Shown: positions 37,818 through 47,128, numbered from the stretch's first letter. The stretch: 64,000 nucleotides of DNA from Olivibacter sp. (GCA_048595275.1 JBMDWN010000024.1:1125-65124); one strand, 5' to 3'. Numbers and translations are program-made. The notes: generated from the sequence alone by a model not told the origin.

Positions 37818-39045
37818 CTAATTCTCCGGCAATGACGTTTAAACTACTCATGTTAATAATCGCATCTGACAGCAACATACCCTGACTCATCGGTGCATAC
37901 ATTTGATAATTGATAAAAGACGGGCGCCTGAAATGTAGCCTGTAAGGAGACCGACCTCCGTCGCTTATCAGGTAAAAACCGAGTTCTCCATTACCCCCTT
38001 CTACAGCATGATAAACTTCCGTTTTAGGAGAATCGATTTCGCCCATTACAATTTTAAAATGATAAATAAGGGCTTCCATATTGTTATACACCTGTTCTTT
38101 AGGGGGAAGGTAGAAATCAGGCACATCGGCATGAAAAATACCTCGCGGTTCGTTCTCCAGCTTAGCGATAGCCTGCTCAATGATTCGGACGCTTTCACGC
38201 ATTTCTTCATTGCGAACCATATATCTGTCGTAGACATCTCCGTTCGTCCCTACCGGAACATTAAAATCAAATTCTTCATAAGAAGAGTAAGGCTCATTTG
38301 CGCGGACGTCATAATCCACACCCGTAGCCCTCAGAATCGGACCGCTCCAGCTGTAACTTAAAGCCGTTTCCGCGTCTACTGCAGCTACGCCGGACGTTCG
38401 TTCGATAAAAATCCGGTTGCGATCGAAGAGCTCCTGGAACTCATCCAGCACAGGTGGGAAACGCTTAACAAATTCTTTGACTTTGCGCAAAGCGGTCTGA
38501 TTAAAATCACGCTCAAAGCCTCCGATCCGACCAATGTTGGTAGTTAGTCGCGCACCACAGATTTCCTCATAGATTTCGTAGATAAATTCGCGTTCCTGCA
38601 TTACATAAAGAAACCCTGAAAACGCACCGGTGTCAACGCCAAGGATGCCGTTACAGATAATGTGATCTGTAATTCTGGCAAGCTCCATGATGATCACGCG
38701 CATATATTGCACCCGCTTGGGAATCTCGATGCCGAGTAGCTTTTCGACGGTCATATGCCAGCCCATGTTGTTAATGGGGGACGAACAATAATTTAATCGG
38801 TCAGTAAGAGGAGTAATCTGATAGTAAGGGCGATGTTCCGCTATTTTTTCAAACGCCCGGTGTATATAGCCTATAGTTGAAACACCGCTGACAATACGTT
38901 CACCGTCAACCTGCAGCACGTTCTGAAACACACCGTGGGTGGCCGGATGCGTAGGGCCCAGATTTAGTGTGATGTTTTCGGTCTGCGGATCATTGTCCGC
39001 AAACACGGGCATATTGGAGGATATCTTACTAATGTTTCGGCTCAT
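37810..39045 (-). CDS. nuoD: NADH-quinone oxidoreductase subunit D
   Basis: 411 aa. LNLGPTHPATHGV motif. 8-nt overlap with nuoE. Confidence 0.95.
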   Translation of the reverse strand: MSRNISKISSNMPVFADNDPQTENITLNLGPTHPATHGVFQNVLQVDGERIVSGVSTIGYIHRAFEKIAEHRPYYQITPLTDRLNYCSSPINNMGWHMTVEKLLGIEIPKRVQYMRVIIMELARITDHIICNGILGVDTGAFSGFLYVMQEREFIYEIYEEICGARLTTNIGRIGGFERDFNQTALRKVKEFVKRFPPVLDEFQELFDRNRIFIERTSGVAAVDAETALSYSWSGPILRATGVDYDVRANEPYSSYEEFDFNVPVGTNGDVYDRYMVRNEEMRESVRIIEQAIAKLENEPRGIFHADVPDFYLPPKEQVYNNMEALIYHFKIVMGEIDSPKTEVYHAVEGGNGELGFYLISDGGRSPYRLHFRRPSFINYQMYAPMSQGMLLSDAIINMSSLNVIAGELDA

Positions 39046-39048
39046 AAA

Positions 39049-39564
39049 CTATCTACCAAAGAAAAAGTCCTTTTTATCTACTCGATTCGGATCTTCCAAC
39101 GGATATTCTTTTCGCATGGGAAAAACGTTCATCTCGTCCACATTTAAAATTCGTCTCAAATCGGGATGACCAATAAAGTTTACCCCGAAAAAATCGAATG
39201 TTTCGCGTTCCATCCAGTTTGCACCTTTCCATAACGTCGTCGCAGTCGGTATCTCCGGACGTCTACCGTCCAGCAACACCTTTATCCTTACCCGAACATT
39301 AAAACGGAGGCTATGGAGATGGTAAACAACAGCAATAACATCTTTAGGCTCCGGATAGTGCACCGCTGTAATATCGGTCAAATAAATAAACTGCAGATCC
39401 TGCTGCTCTTTCATAAAAGCCAGCACGTCAATGATTGAGTCCACATCCGTCGTAAACGTCAGCAGACCATGCGGCTCCGATATTTCTCGAACGGCAGAAG
39501 CATATTTTGCTGTAAGACGCTCGACCAACACCTTATTATCCAGCTTATTCATTGTTAATTCCAT
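39049..39564 (-). CDS. nuoC: NADH-quinone oxidoreductase subunit C
   Basis: 171 aa. W.GANWMERE.FD.FG motif. An alternative ATG at 39552 is possible. Confidence 0.92.
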   Translation of the reverse strand: MELTMNKLDNKVLVERLTAKYASAVREISEPHGLLTFTTDVDSIIDVLAFMKEQQDLQFIYLTDITAVHYPEPKDVIAVVYHLHSLRFNVRVRIKVLLDGRRPEIPTATTLWKGANWMERETFDFFGVNFIGHPDLRRILNVDEMNVFPMRKEYPLEDPNRVDKKDFFFGR

Positions 39565-40093
39565 AATGTTTTAGCAGAGCCTTATATTCATCAGACTCTC
39601 TCCTTCTGACAGACTCCGTTCTGACAATATCCTGCAACCGCAGTACCCCGTCCAAGATCGCTTCCGGCCGTGGTGGGCAACCCGGCACATACACGTCTAC
39701 CGGAATAATTTCATCAATACCCTGCAGTACAGAATAAGTATCAAAGATTCCACCACTTGAAGCACAGGCACCTACTGCGATAACCCATCTGGGTTCTGCC
39801 ATCTGTGTATACACTTGCTTAAGAACGGGACCCATCTTTTTCGCAATGGTCCCCATTACTAATAACATATCCGACTGACGAGGAGAAAAACTTGGTCGCT
39901 CGGCACCGAAGCGGGCCAGATCGTAGTTAGCGCCCATGGTAGCCATAAACTCAATTCCACAACAGGAAGTTGCAAAAGGTAAAGGCCAAAGCGAGTTCGC
40001 CCGGGCAAGACCAACGGCCTTATCTAAGGTGGTAGCGAAAAACCCCGAACCAGTGACTCCTGGTGGAGCTGGTGCTAATTGGACAGTACTCAT
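39545..40093 (-). CDS. nuoB: NADH-quinone oxidoreductase subunit B
   Basis: SCCGIEFMA, GACASSGG and GCPPRPE motifs. Confidence 0.96.
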   Translation of the reverse strand: MSTVQLAPAPPGVTGSGFFATTLDKAVGLARANSLWPLPFATSCCGIEFMATMGANYDLARFGAERPSFSPRQSDMLLVMGTIAKKMGPVLKQVYTQMAEPRWVIAVGACASSGGIFDTYSVLQGIDEIIPVDVYVPGCPPRPEAILDGVLRLQDIVRTESVRRRESDEYKALLKHYGINNE

Positions 40094-40228
40094 AATTAAA
40101 GGATGTTTCTACGTTGAACACACAACGTAACCGTTAAATGGACGTAACCGATACGTCTCTCTCAAATATATAGTTTAACCAACATAAAAGAAAGCGCAAA
40201 GGGTATTTAGAATCATTCCTAACAAACT

Positions 40229-40627
40229 CTATTCGGCAGATATTGCACCTTTTTTCAATATGTAGAAAAAACCCAGAAGCAGGAAACCAACGAAAATGAA
40301 CATCTCAACCAAACCAGAAAAACCAAATTCGCGGAAATTAACTGCCCATGGATACATGAAAATCACTTCCACATCAAAAATAACGAACAGTATCGCTACC
40401 ATAAAATATTTAATTGAAACGGGTTGTCTGGCATTGCCGATCACTTCAATACCAGATTCAAAAGCTCCCAGCTTGTTATCCGTTTTCAGCTTAGGTCCTA
40501 TGTAATGTGTCGCTACAATAGTAGTCAATGCGAAACCTGCCGCAACGATAAATTGATAAAAGATCGGTAAATAATCTAAGGGTAAACTGCTCTCGGCGTG
40601 TTCCATAACTCGTGTTTTGATGGTCAT
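40229..40627 (-). CDS. nuoA: NADH-quinone oxidoreductase subunit A
   Basis: 3 TM helices and first in the operon. The ORF-track start at 40630 is TTG; the adjacent ATG is at 40627, and another ATG at 40606 is possible. Confidence 0.88.
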   Translation of the reverse strand: MTIKTRVMEHAESSLPLDYLPIFYQFIVAAGFALTTIVATHYIGPKLKTDNKLGAFESGIEVIGNARQPVSIKYFMVAILFVIFDVEVIFMYPWAVNFREFGFSGLVEMFIFVGFLLLGFFYILKKGAISAE

Positions 40628-40652
40628 CAAACGGAAGTAATTCCTGTCTCAC

Positions 40653-40683
40653 CAAACATAACTAAATCATGAACTATTTCCAA
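40653..40683 (-). promoter_or_regulatory. Candidate nuo operon promoter (-33 TTG, 20-nt spacer, -7 TATGTTTG)
   Basis: The minus strand reads ..ctgTTGgaaatagttcatgatttagtTATGTTTGg.. This matches the Bacteroidota TTG / TAnnTTTG consensus. The -7 box ends about 25 nt upstream of the nuoA ATG. Confidence 0.4.
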
Positions 40684-40696
40684 CAGTCCTTAAAAT

Positions 40697-40731
40697 AAAA
40701 AAGCCGCACTGCTCATCGCAGGCGGCTTTTT
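40697..40731 (-). terminator. Rho-independent terminator after the TPR gene (end of the Ton operon)
   Basis: GCCGC(a)CTGC / GCAGGCGGC stem (9 bp with one bulge), 5-nt loop, flanked by A6 and T5. On the minus strand the hairpin is followed by TTTTTT. It lies 16 nt downstream of the TPR stop codon. Confidence 0.8.
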
Positions 40732-40746
40732 ACAATTTGCTAATGC

Positions 40747-42471
40747 TTATTGACGGGCAGTTGCAGGATCCGGAGCTAATTGCTCCAGTGTTTGCTTAGC
40801 ATACTCGTCATCCGGGTTGTAAGAAAGCGATTTTTGTAATAACGCTCGTGCTTCTTCGTAATTTTCATGAAATACTTTGTCTGCCGCTACGATGTTGAAG
40901 GCTTCGTTAACGTATCCTGCAGCAACAGCGCGTTTTAAGACGTCGCCACCCTTCTCCTCAATCGTTTTAATATAGGACTCATAAAACGGCGTGGCCAATC
41001 CTTCGGGCTGTTCTTCATTATCCAGCGTCCGGTTTACACGTGCTCTGAATAGATAGGCTTCCGGCATATCCGGAGTTGCCTCGTTAACCTTCGCAAAAGC
41101 TACATCGGCGTCTTTCAACAAATCTTTACTCGGTTCCTCTCCAGCTTGCTGCGCTAAAGCGTAATTGAAGTATTGAGAATATCCCCAATAGAATAAATCG
41201 TAGTTGATCGTTTTCGAGCCTTCTGCCTGAGCTGCTGCTTTAAATAAAGCACCGGAGGTAGCAAAGTCCTTCTCGTCAAAGCTGGCTTTTGCCACATCAC
41301 TTAAATCTTCCGCTAAAAGAGAGTCTTTTGCAACTGCTTTAGTAAGATTAGCGACACCGCTTGACAATAAGGTAGTATCCGACGTTTCTTTCGCCTGCAT
41401 AACCTGAGAAAGTCCGAGGAAATAATAGTCGTCCGCGATCACACGAGTATCTTCTACCTTGCCTAAAAAGTCAGTCAGCGCCTTCTGGCTAGACTCATAA
41501 TTCTTATTCTGATAGGCAGCATAACCGAGGTAACGTAAAATTCTTGGATTAACCTGATCAACTTTCGCCATTTCGTTGGCTTGTTCTTCAAGCGCAGCGT
41601 AATCCTTCGCCAAAATCAGGAAGTCGGCATAACGCATGCGGGAATCCAGGGAATAATCCGTACGATCCATATATTTCTTGTATTCTTCCAGAGCCTTTTG
41701 ATTACGAGCTTCATAATCCTCGATCTTGGTTGCGTTACGGGCATACAGATAGTAGGTTTCTGCCAATTCCCGATATGCTGGTGCGTAATCTGGATTCTGC
41801 TGAATAATTGCTTCCAAATCCTGGATAGCTTCTTCAAATGCTTTAGCTTGCTTAGAAATAACGGTCATCTGAACTTTACCACGCGTAAAGGTCGCATCCA
41901 TATCCGAAGCATCCCTATAATTCATATAGGCATTGCTATTGTCCCGCAATCCGAAATAGGCATCTCCTAGGGACGAGTAAATTGCAGCATCTTTTTGATT
42001 GGCTTCTTTTGCCTTCTCAAGATAAGTCAAGGCTTTTTGGTAATCTGGTTTTTCCAGATTCGGATTCATATAAGCCCGTCCGATATAAAGATTCTCTAAA
42101 TAATCTTTACGCTTAAGCTTTGCCGTTGCTTCATTAAATTGAGTCTCGGCAGCACTGGTATTGCCTTCAGCTAAAGCTACTGCCCCGAGACCAACCTTGT
42201 TTAAATTAACCTTTGGAGCAGCTTCCAAACCTTGCTGAAAATACATTTTCGCAGAATCAGGGTAATCTGTGATTAAATACACATCTCCCAAATAAAAATA
42301 GTTTTCTCCGTCTTTCGGCTTACTTTCTACTAAGTTTTTAAGAATGGACTTAGCTTTTGCATACTGTTCTGCGTCAATTGCCGTTTGTGCATCTTTTAAG
42401 CTCTGCGCTGAAGCACCACTTGCTATAAATGCTACGGCCAAACCGACACTTGCTTTTTTCAATAGTTTCAT
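40747..42471 (-). CDS. Secreted tetratricopeptide-repeat protein
   Basis: 574 aa. Signal peptide (VAFIASGASAQ). Repeated A/Y/L heptad-like TPR patterns (..YFYLGDVYL.., ..AYRELAETYYLYA..). Confidence 0.85.
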   Translation of the reverse strand: MKLLKKASVGLAVAFIASGASAQSLKDAQTAIDAEQYAKAKSILKNLVESKPKDGENYFYLGDVYLITDYPDSAKMYFQQGLEAAPKVNLNKVGLGAVALAEGNTSAAETQFNEATAKLKRKDYLENLYIGRAYMNPNLEKPDYQKALTYLEKAKEANQKDAAIYSSLGDAYFGLRDNSNAYMNYRDASDMDATFTRGKVQMTVISKQAKAFEEAIQDLEAIIQQNPDYAPAYRELAETYYLYARNATKIEDYEARNQKALEEYKKYMDRTDYSLDSRMRYADFLILAKDYAALEEQANEMAKVDQVNPRILRYLGYAAYQNKNYESSQKALTDFLGKVEDTRVIADDYYFLGLSQVMQAKETSDTTLLSSGVANLTKAVAKDSLLAEDLSDVAKASFDEKDFATSGALFKAAAQAEGSKTINYDLFYWGYSQYFNYALAQQAGEEPSKDLLKDADVAFAKVNEATPDMPEAYLFRARVNRTLDNEEQPEGLATPFYESYIKTIEEKGGDVLKRAVAAGYVNEAFNIVAADKVFHENYEEARALLQKSLSYNPDDEYAKQTLEQLAPDPATARQ

Positions 42472-42498
42472 TATCTACGGTTTTTAAGTCTTAATATA

Positions 42499-43422
42499 CT
42501 AATTTCTAATATAAATTTCTCTGGGCGGAATACTATCCGGAAGCAGTCCGGATTTGAGGATCAGTCGCTGCCCTCGCTCTCCATACAAAAAGGAAGAGAA
42601 CCCCATTCCTAAATTTCTTTTGCCTTGAACGTTTATATAATATAAGGGTCTTGACAAAGGATAAACCTTTAAAGCCAGGTTCGACTGTGTGGGGGTGTAA
42701 TAGTCATCATCACCCGGCAAGCCCTCCTGGTTTTTTACGCCCAATACTTTAATTTTTTCCACCATTGGTTTTAACTCCGGACTGGGCTGCACTAACCAGT
42801 TAAGTCCAATAACGCCCACACTTTGAGGATGCTCATACACGTAACGAATCACTTCACTGTTTGACTTCATCGAGTAAAACCCTTTATTAGGCAACTTATC
42901 AACGCCTGCCAGTTCCTTAAGATACGAAACTGTGCTGGAATTTGGATTGTCGAATACAAAAGATATGCCATTTGCAGATTCACCTTTAAGGTAAGTTATT
43001 AAATCCTTAACGTGAATAACCGAGTCCTGATAGCCTGTACCTGCAATAACGGCAATAGCGTCCGTAGCGAAACGAGTTATCCTAGGCGTCACCCTCTTCT
43101 GCTTAACAAAAAATTCTTCCTCTTGCTTGTTCAGCTGTCTGGTCATAACCGCGAGGCCGCTCGAATCTTTTAAGAGCGTGTTGCCCACTTCGGTTTCCGG
43201 CATAGCCCTCAATGTAATATGAGCTTTCGGATAGCTTCCCTCAAATACGGCAACTTGATCTTCTATAATTGGTAATACGGTTTCGTCAACCAAAATAGTC
43301 ACCTTTCCGGCTAGGAAACCGACTTCCTCTTCATCGGCTGATTGCCCGGAATTACAGGCTGAAAACGAGGAAGCAACCAATAAAGCTATGCCTAACCCGA
43401 ATAACCTATTTAAAAATTCCAT
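42499..43422 (-). CDS. PstS-fold (PBP-like) substrate-binding lipoprotein, with no transporter partner in the window
   Basis: Lipobox SSFSAC. 307 aa. The periplasmic-binding-protein type II pattern (..ATDAIAVI.. ..GVIGLNW..) resembles PstS-family phosphate-binding domains. No pstCAB genes occur in the window. Confidence 0.7.
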   Translation of the reverse strand: MEFLNRLFGLGIALLVASSFSACNSGQSADEEEVGFLAGKVTILVDETVLPIIEDQVAVFEGSYPKAHITLRAMPETEVGNTLLKDSSGLAVMTRQLNKQEEEFFVKQKRVTPRITRFATDAIAVIAGTGYQDSVIHVKDLITYLKGESANGISFVFDNPNSSTVSYLKELAGVDKLPNKGFYSMKSNSEVIRYVYEHPQSVGVIGLNWLVQPSPELKPMVEKIKVLGVKNQEGLPGDDDYYTPTQSNLALKVYPLSRPLYYINVQGKRNLGMGFSSFLYGERGQRLILKSGLLPDSIPPREIYIRN

Positions 43423-43456
43423 TTAAATTTCTATTGGCAACTTTCTTTACTACGAA

Positions 43457-43705
43457 TCAGCGATTCCTCCTGAGTGCTCTCTGGTCGCTGAATAAGCGCA
43501 CAAACCTTATCACCGAATAAACAATCAGTAATAATCCAAACAACACTCTATAAGTCCGATCCAGATCCAAAGGAAAATCTTCCCAAAAAATAATGATTAG
43601 TCCAAGAACGAAATAGAATCCGAACATGAAAAGTCCTAAAATAGACAGAAATCGCTTTTGGGGCGATTTCTGTCTACTAACGGTCTCTCTTCTCCAATCC
43701 CCCAT
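43457..43705 (-). CDS. Small membrane protein (2 TM helices), hypothetical
   Basis: 82 aa from the ATG at 43705. Basic N-terminus, two hydrophobic helices (FLSILGLFMFGFYFVLGLIIIFW; VLFGLLLIVYSVIRFV) and a basic C-terminus. Only 9 nt from the tonB stop codon. Confidence 0.55.
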   Translation of the reverse strand: MGDWRRETVSRQKSPQKRFLSILGLFMFGFYFVLGLIIIFWEDFPLDLDRTYRVLFGLLLIVYSVIRFVRLFSDQRALRRNR

Positions 43706-43714
43706 CACTAACCG

Positions 43715-44548
43715 CTACATTCCTTGCATATTCAGACGGATCGGCAGCGAGTAAGATACCCGAACCGGACGACCATTCTGAATACCAGGCTTCCATTTCG
43801 GAGATTTCTGCAAAACCCTCTTTGCTTCTTCTCCCGTACCATATTTTAAATCACGAAGTACTTTGATATCGGTCAACGAACCGTCGCGCTCGACAACAAA
43901 AGATACGTGAACAGTACCATTTACACCTTGTTCCTGCGCCATCTGAGGATAACGATAATTATCTCCTACCCATTTCAGAAACGCAGCCGGACCTCCTGGG
44001 AACGATGGCTGAACCTCTACGGCATTAAAATCCATAATACCAGATCCCGCTTCTGTTACTTCGGCATCTTTCGGGCCTTCACCGACCGGTGCATCTATGC
44101 GAATATCCGCTGTAGGATCTCCTGCGAGCGTCTTAGGACCCGGATCCGCTTTCTTTAATTCCTCAACGGTCGGAGGCTCCTCATCCCGAACCTGCTCAGC
44201 CGGAACCACTTTCGGCGGTGGCATACGAACCTGATCCACACGTGGCGGAGGTGGCTCTACCGGAGGTGGCGGGGGTGGTTCCTCTTCGTTTACCGGAGGC
44301 GGCTCAGAAAGCACAACTTCCGTTTCAATAACCTGAGGCGCTTCTACTTCCTGCTCGCCACGAATTGCCTTGATAATCATCGGCGATGTGACTAGACCAA
44401 TGAACAGTAGTCCACCTACTAATAACGCTCTGGCTGTATACTTTGATGAAACCCGACGAAGATCATATGCTCCATAAGACTTATTCCGTCCATCAAAGAC
44501 TACTTCAAGCCAGTCACGGTTAAATATATCTAACTTTGACCCAAACAT
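43715..44548 (-). CDS. tonB: Energy transducer TonB
   Basis: N-terminal TM anchor, Pro-rich spacer (EEPPPPPPVEPPPPRVDQVRMPPPKVVP) and a C-terminal TonB domain (PSFPGGPAAFLKWVGDNYRYPQMAQEQGVNGTVHVSFVVERDGSL). Confidence 0.93.
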   Translation of the reverse strand: MFGSKLDIFNRDWLEVVFDGRNKSYGAYDLRRVSSKYTARALLVGGLLFIGLVTSPMIIKAIRGEQEVEAPQVIETEVVLSEPPPVNEEEPPPPPPVEPPPPRVDQVRMPPPKVVPAEQVRDEEPPTVEELKKADPGPKTLAGDPTADIRIDAPVGEGPKDAEVTEAGSGIMDFNAVEVQPSFPGGPAAFLKWVGDNYRYPQMAQEQGVNGTVHVSFVVERDGSLTDIKVLRDLKYGTGEEAKRVLQKSPKWKPGIQNGRPVRVSYSLPIRLNMQGM

Positions 44549-44567
44549 AATTTATACCTTTTTGCTT

Positions 44568-45074
44568 TTAGTAAATCCCCTCACTTTTCAGGGCTTCAAT
44601 TTCCGGATCGCTGATATCGCCGATCATATACTGAGTGGCATTAATAATCTTCATTTCATCCAGGATATCTACCAGATTCCGGTAATTTGAATTATCGCTC
44701 GGACGAATAATGATAATTAATCCCTTCCCCGTAGCGGCCTCAACCTCTTTCATTTTCTGAATAAGAATGGGCCTAATGCCATCTTTACCAAAATCCACCA
44801 CAGTCGGACCTTCAATCGGTTCACTCACCTGTCCTCGATAATAAGCGATCTTGTTGTTATTACCCAACAGGATGGTGAAACTTCGATTGTCCGCTACCTC
44901 TAAATTATCATCCTTATTTTCCTTGTCTTTGTCCGGCATGTTCACATCCATCGCGTTCGGCTTTGAAAGCGACGTTGTCAACATAAAGAAGGTAATCAAC
45001 AAAAACGCTAGATCCACCATTGCGGTTAAGTCAACCCTGGGCTGCTGTTTACCACCGGTATTTAATTCTGCCAT
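44568..45074 (-). CDS. exbD: Biopolymer transporter ExbD/TolR (second paralogue)
   Basis: DLTAMVDLAFLLITFFML N-terminal TM motif, 168 aa. Confidence 0.9.
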   Translation of the reverse strand: MAELNTGGKQQPRVDLTAMVDLAFLLITFFMLTTSLSKPNAMDVNMPDKDKENKDDNLEVADNRSFTILLGNNNKIAYYRGQVSEPIEGPTVVDFGKDGIRPILIQKMKEVEAATGKGLIIIIRPSDNSNYRNLVDILDEMKIINATQYMIGDISDPEIEALKSEGIY

Positions 45075-45091
45075 TTTCTAACTCCCTCTTT

Positions 45092-45712
45092 TTATTCCTC
45101 TGCACCGCCCCTAAGGGTAGTAACCAGACTGAATTTGTTAATTTTCTGATCCTGCAAAATATCAATGATCTTCTTAATAGAAGGATATTGCTCTTTCGCG
45201 TCTCCTTTTACGGCTATACGCATTTCAGCATTATTCAGCTCCTTCGTCGCATAGCGGGCAGCCAGAACCCATTCCTTCAATTGATTATCAGTTGAGTCGG
45301 AAGGTATTCCGGGCTGAACACCCGGTTTATTCCGGGACCCAGGCTCCATGGCCAGCAATTGCTTCAGACCACCTATCGGAGTTCCAAAACTTTCCAAACC
45401 AGCAAACTTCTGCTTTTCTTCAGCGGAAAAGCCTACGCTATACTTTTCAGAAATCCGCTCCAGCATCCTTTGTCTGACATTCGACCCGACAACACCGAAA
45501 AAGATTTTACCATTGTCTCCAACTGTAATAATTCCCAAATTACTCTCCGGAACAGGCATTGAAACCGTCGATGCTGGTGTATCCACCTGCATTGGCTCCG
45601 GTTCTTTCGCAGTCGCCGTAAGAATAAAGAAGGTAAGCAACAGAAAGGAGACATCGCACATCGCCGTCATGTCGATGGTCGTGCTCGCTCTTTTTACCTT
45701 AATCTTTGGCAT
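45092..45712 (-). CDS. exbD: Biopolymer transporter ExbD/TolR (first paralogue)
   Basis: IDMTAMCDVSFLLLTFFILT motif, 206 aa. Confidence 0.9.
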   Translation of the reverse strand: MPKIKVKRASTTIDMTAMCDVSFLLLTFFILTATAKEPEPMQVDTPASTVSMPVPESNLGIITVGDNGKIFFGVVGSNVRQRMLERISEKYSVGFSAEEKQKFAGLESFGTPIGGLKQLLAMEPGSRNKPGVQPGIPSDSTDNQLKEWVLAARYATKELNNAEMRIAVKGDAKEQYPSIKKIIDILQDQKINKFSLVTTLRGGAEE

Positions 45713-45805
45713 TTTCTCGTTTTTTTAAATTTCCAGTTACGCTTTAACTTATAGATGAGAAAAACCAGGAATTCCATAAAATCCCCGATTTTTATTTCAA
45801 CTATT

Positions 45806-46636
45806 TTATTTGTGCTTAGAAGCGTAAGTCTGCACGATTGAAAAGCCAGCTTCGTCAATTGAATAAGTCAGCTTATCAATTTTAGAAGTGAATACGTTGT
45901 ACATTACGATCGCGATCGTAGAAGTAAAGATACCCGTGGCTGTATTGATCAGGGCCTCAGAAATACCGTTTGCCAACTGCGCTGAGTCAGGTGAACCACC
46001 GGTACCCAAAGCAGCAAAGGCCTTGATCATACCGGTAACCGTTCCTAACAGACCAGTCAGTGTACCGATGGAAACCAACGTCGCAATTACCGTTAAGTTT
46101 TTCTCCAACATAGGCATCTCCAGAGCGGTTGCTTCTTCAATTTCCTTTTGAATGGCTAACGTAGCATGCTCGGTATCCAAAGTCGCATCCACAGAAGCTT
46201 CTTTGTACCTAAGCAAACCGGACTTGATCACGTTTGCCACGGAACCTTGTTGTTTGTCGCATTCCGCGATTGCCGCATCAATATTACCAGCAGAAAGGAA
46301 GCCTTGCACTTTTTTCACAAAAGCGTCCACATTTCCTTTGCCAGATGCACGGTTGATCACAAAGAAACGTTCAAAAGAGAATACAATCACCATCAGTAAC
46401 AGCCCCAGAAGAACGGGTACTACATAACCTGCTTTATAAACCATAGCGAAATAGTTACCTGGTAGTGGCTCACCTTCAGGATCTCCTCCTTCAAAGTTAG
46501 CGGGATCTCCCATCACAAATTTCCAGACACATGCGCCGATAATAAAGCAAATGATAATAGCCAGACTCGCGAAAACGTTGGAACCATTGGAACTGCTCTG
46601 CTTAGTAGCGGGGGTTGGTTTTGGTGCGTTTGCCAT
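45806..46636 (-). CDS. exbB: MotA/TolQ/ExbB proton-channel protein
   Basis: 276 aa, 3 TM helices, LVSIGTLTGLLGTVTGMIKAF motif. Confidence 0.92.
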   Translation of the reverse strand: MANAPKPTPATKQSSSNGSNVFASLAIIICFIIGACVWKFVMGDPANFEGGDPEGEPLPGNYFAMVYKAGYVVPVLLGLLLMVIVFSFERFFVINRASGKGNVDAFVKKVQGFLSAGNIDAAIAECDKQQGSVANVIKSGLLRYKEASVDATLDTEHATLAIQKEIEEATALEMPMLEKNLTVIATLVSIGTLTGLLGTVTGMIKAFAALGTGGSPDSAQLANGISEALINTATGIFTSTIAIVMYNVFTSKIDKLTYSIDEAGFSIVQTYASKHK

Positions 46637-46728
46637 TTTTTTGATTTTTTAGTTTTTAGTTTTATGGATTAATTTTTAATGATACAATAAAACACGACGT
46701 AAAATTAGCCGTTGTAAAAAAGCCCTAG

Positions 46729-46758
46729 CAAATTTATGACTTTTAGGTAAAATACAAA
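46729..46758 (-). promoter_or_regulatory. Candidate exbB operon promoter (-33 TTTG, 18-nt spacer, -7 TAAATTTG)
   Basis: The minus strand reads acTTTGtattttacctaaaagtcaTAAATTTGc, about 93 nt upstream of the exbB ATG. Confidence 0.35.
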
Positions 46759-47128
46759 GTTTTGTTAAATTAAACGTTTGTTAACATTCTTAGTAACGCG
46801 CATCAGCAGCATCTACATTCCCAAGCCTGTGTTTTTTTTACAATTAAAACTATTTTTTTTTTCAAATGCAAATTGAAACAGCAAAATTGGACATCAAATG
46901 AACCGATATTCACAGTACTCTTCATTAAAGCCTTTCAAATATAGCTATGTACCATCTTTTCTAAGCTATTATTTCTCAGACCTATATATATAGTGTACTA
47001 AAAACACTAAGAATCGGATAATTTAGCGTTTAGCGTAGGTTGATTCCGAGCTCAATATATTTATATGTCACGTCCTATTCAATTCAAAAACGATAAAACG
47101 CAGCGCTTATTGCACCGGATAACGATCA

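Noticed and set aside
46898-46993. 31-aa Tyr- and Ser-rich ORF (MNRYSQYSSLKPFKYSYVPSFLSYYFSDLYI) in the long spacer.
   Set aside because: It has no promoter or conservation evidence available, and it lies in AT-rich sequence where such ORFs arise by chance.
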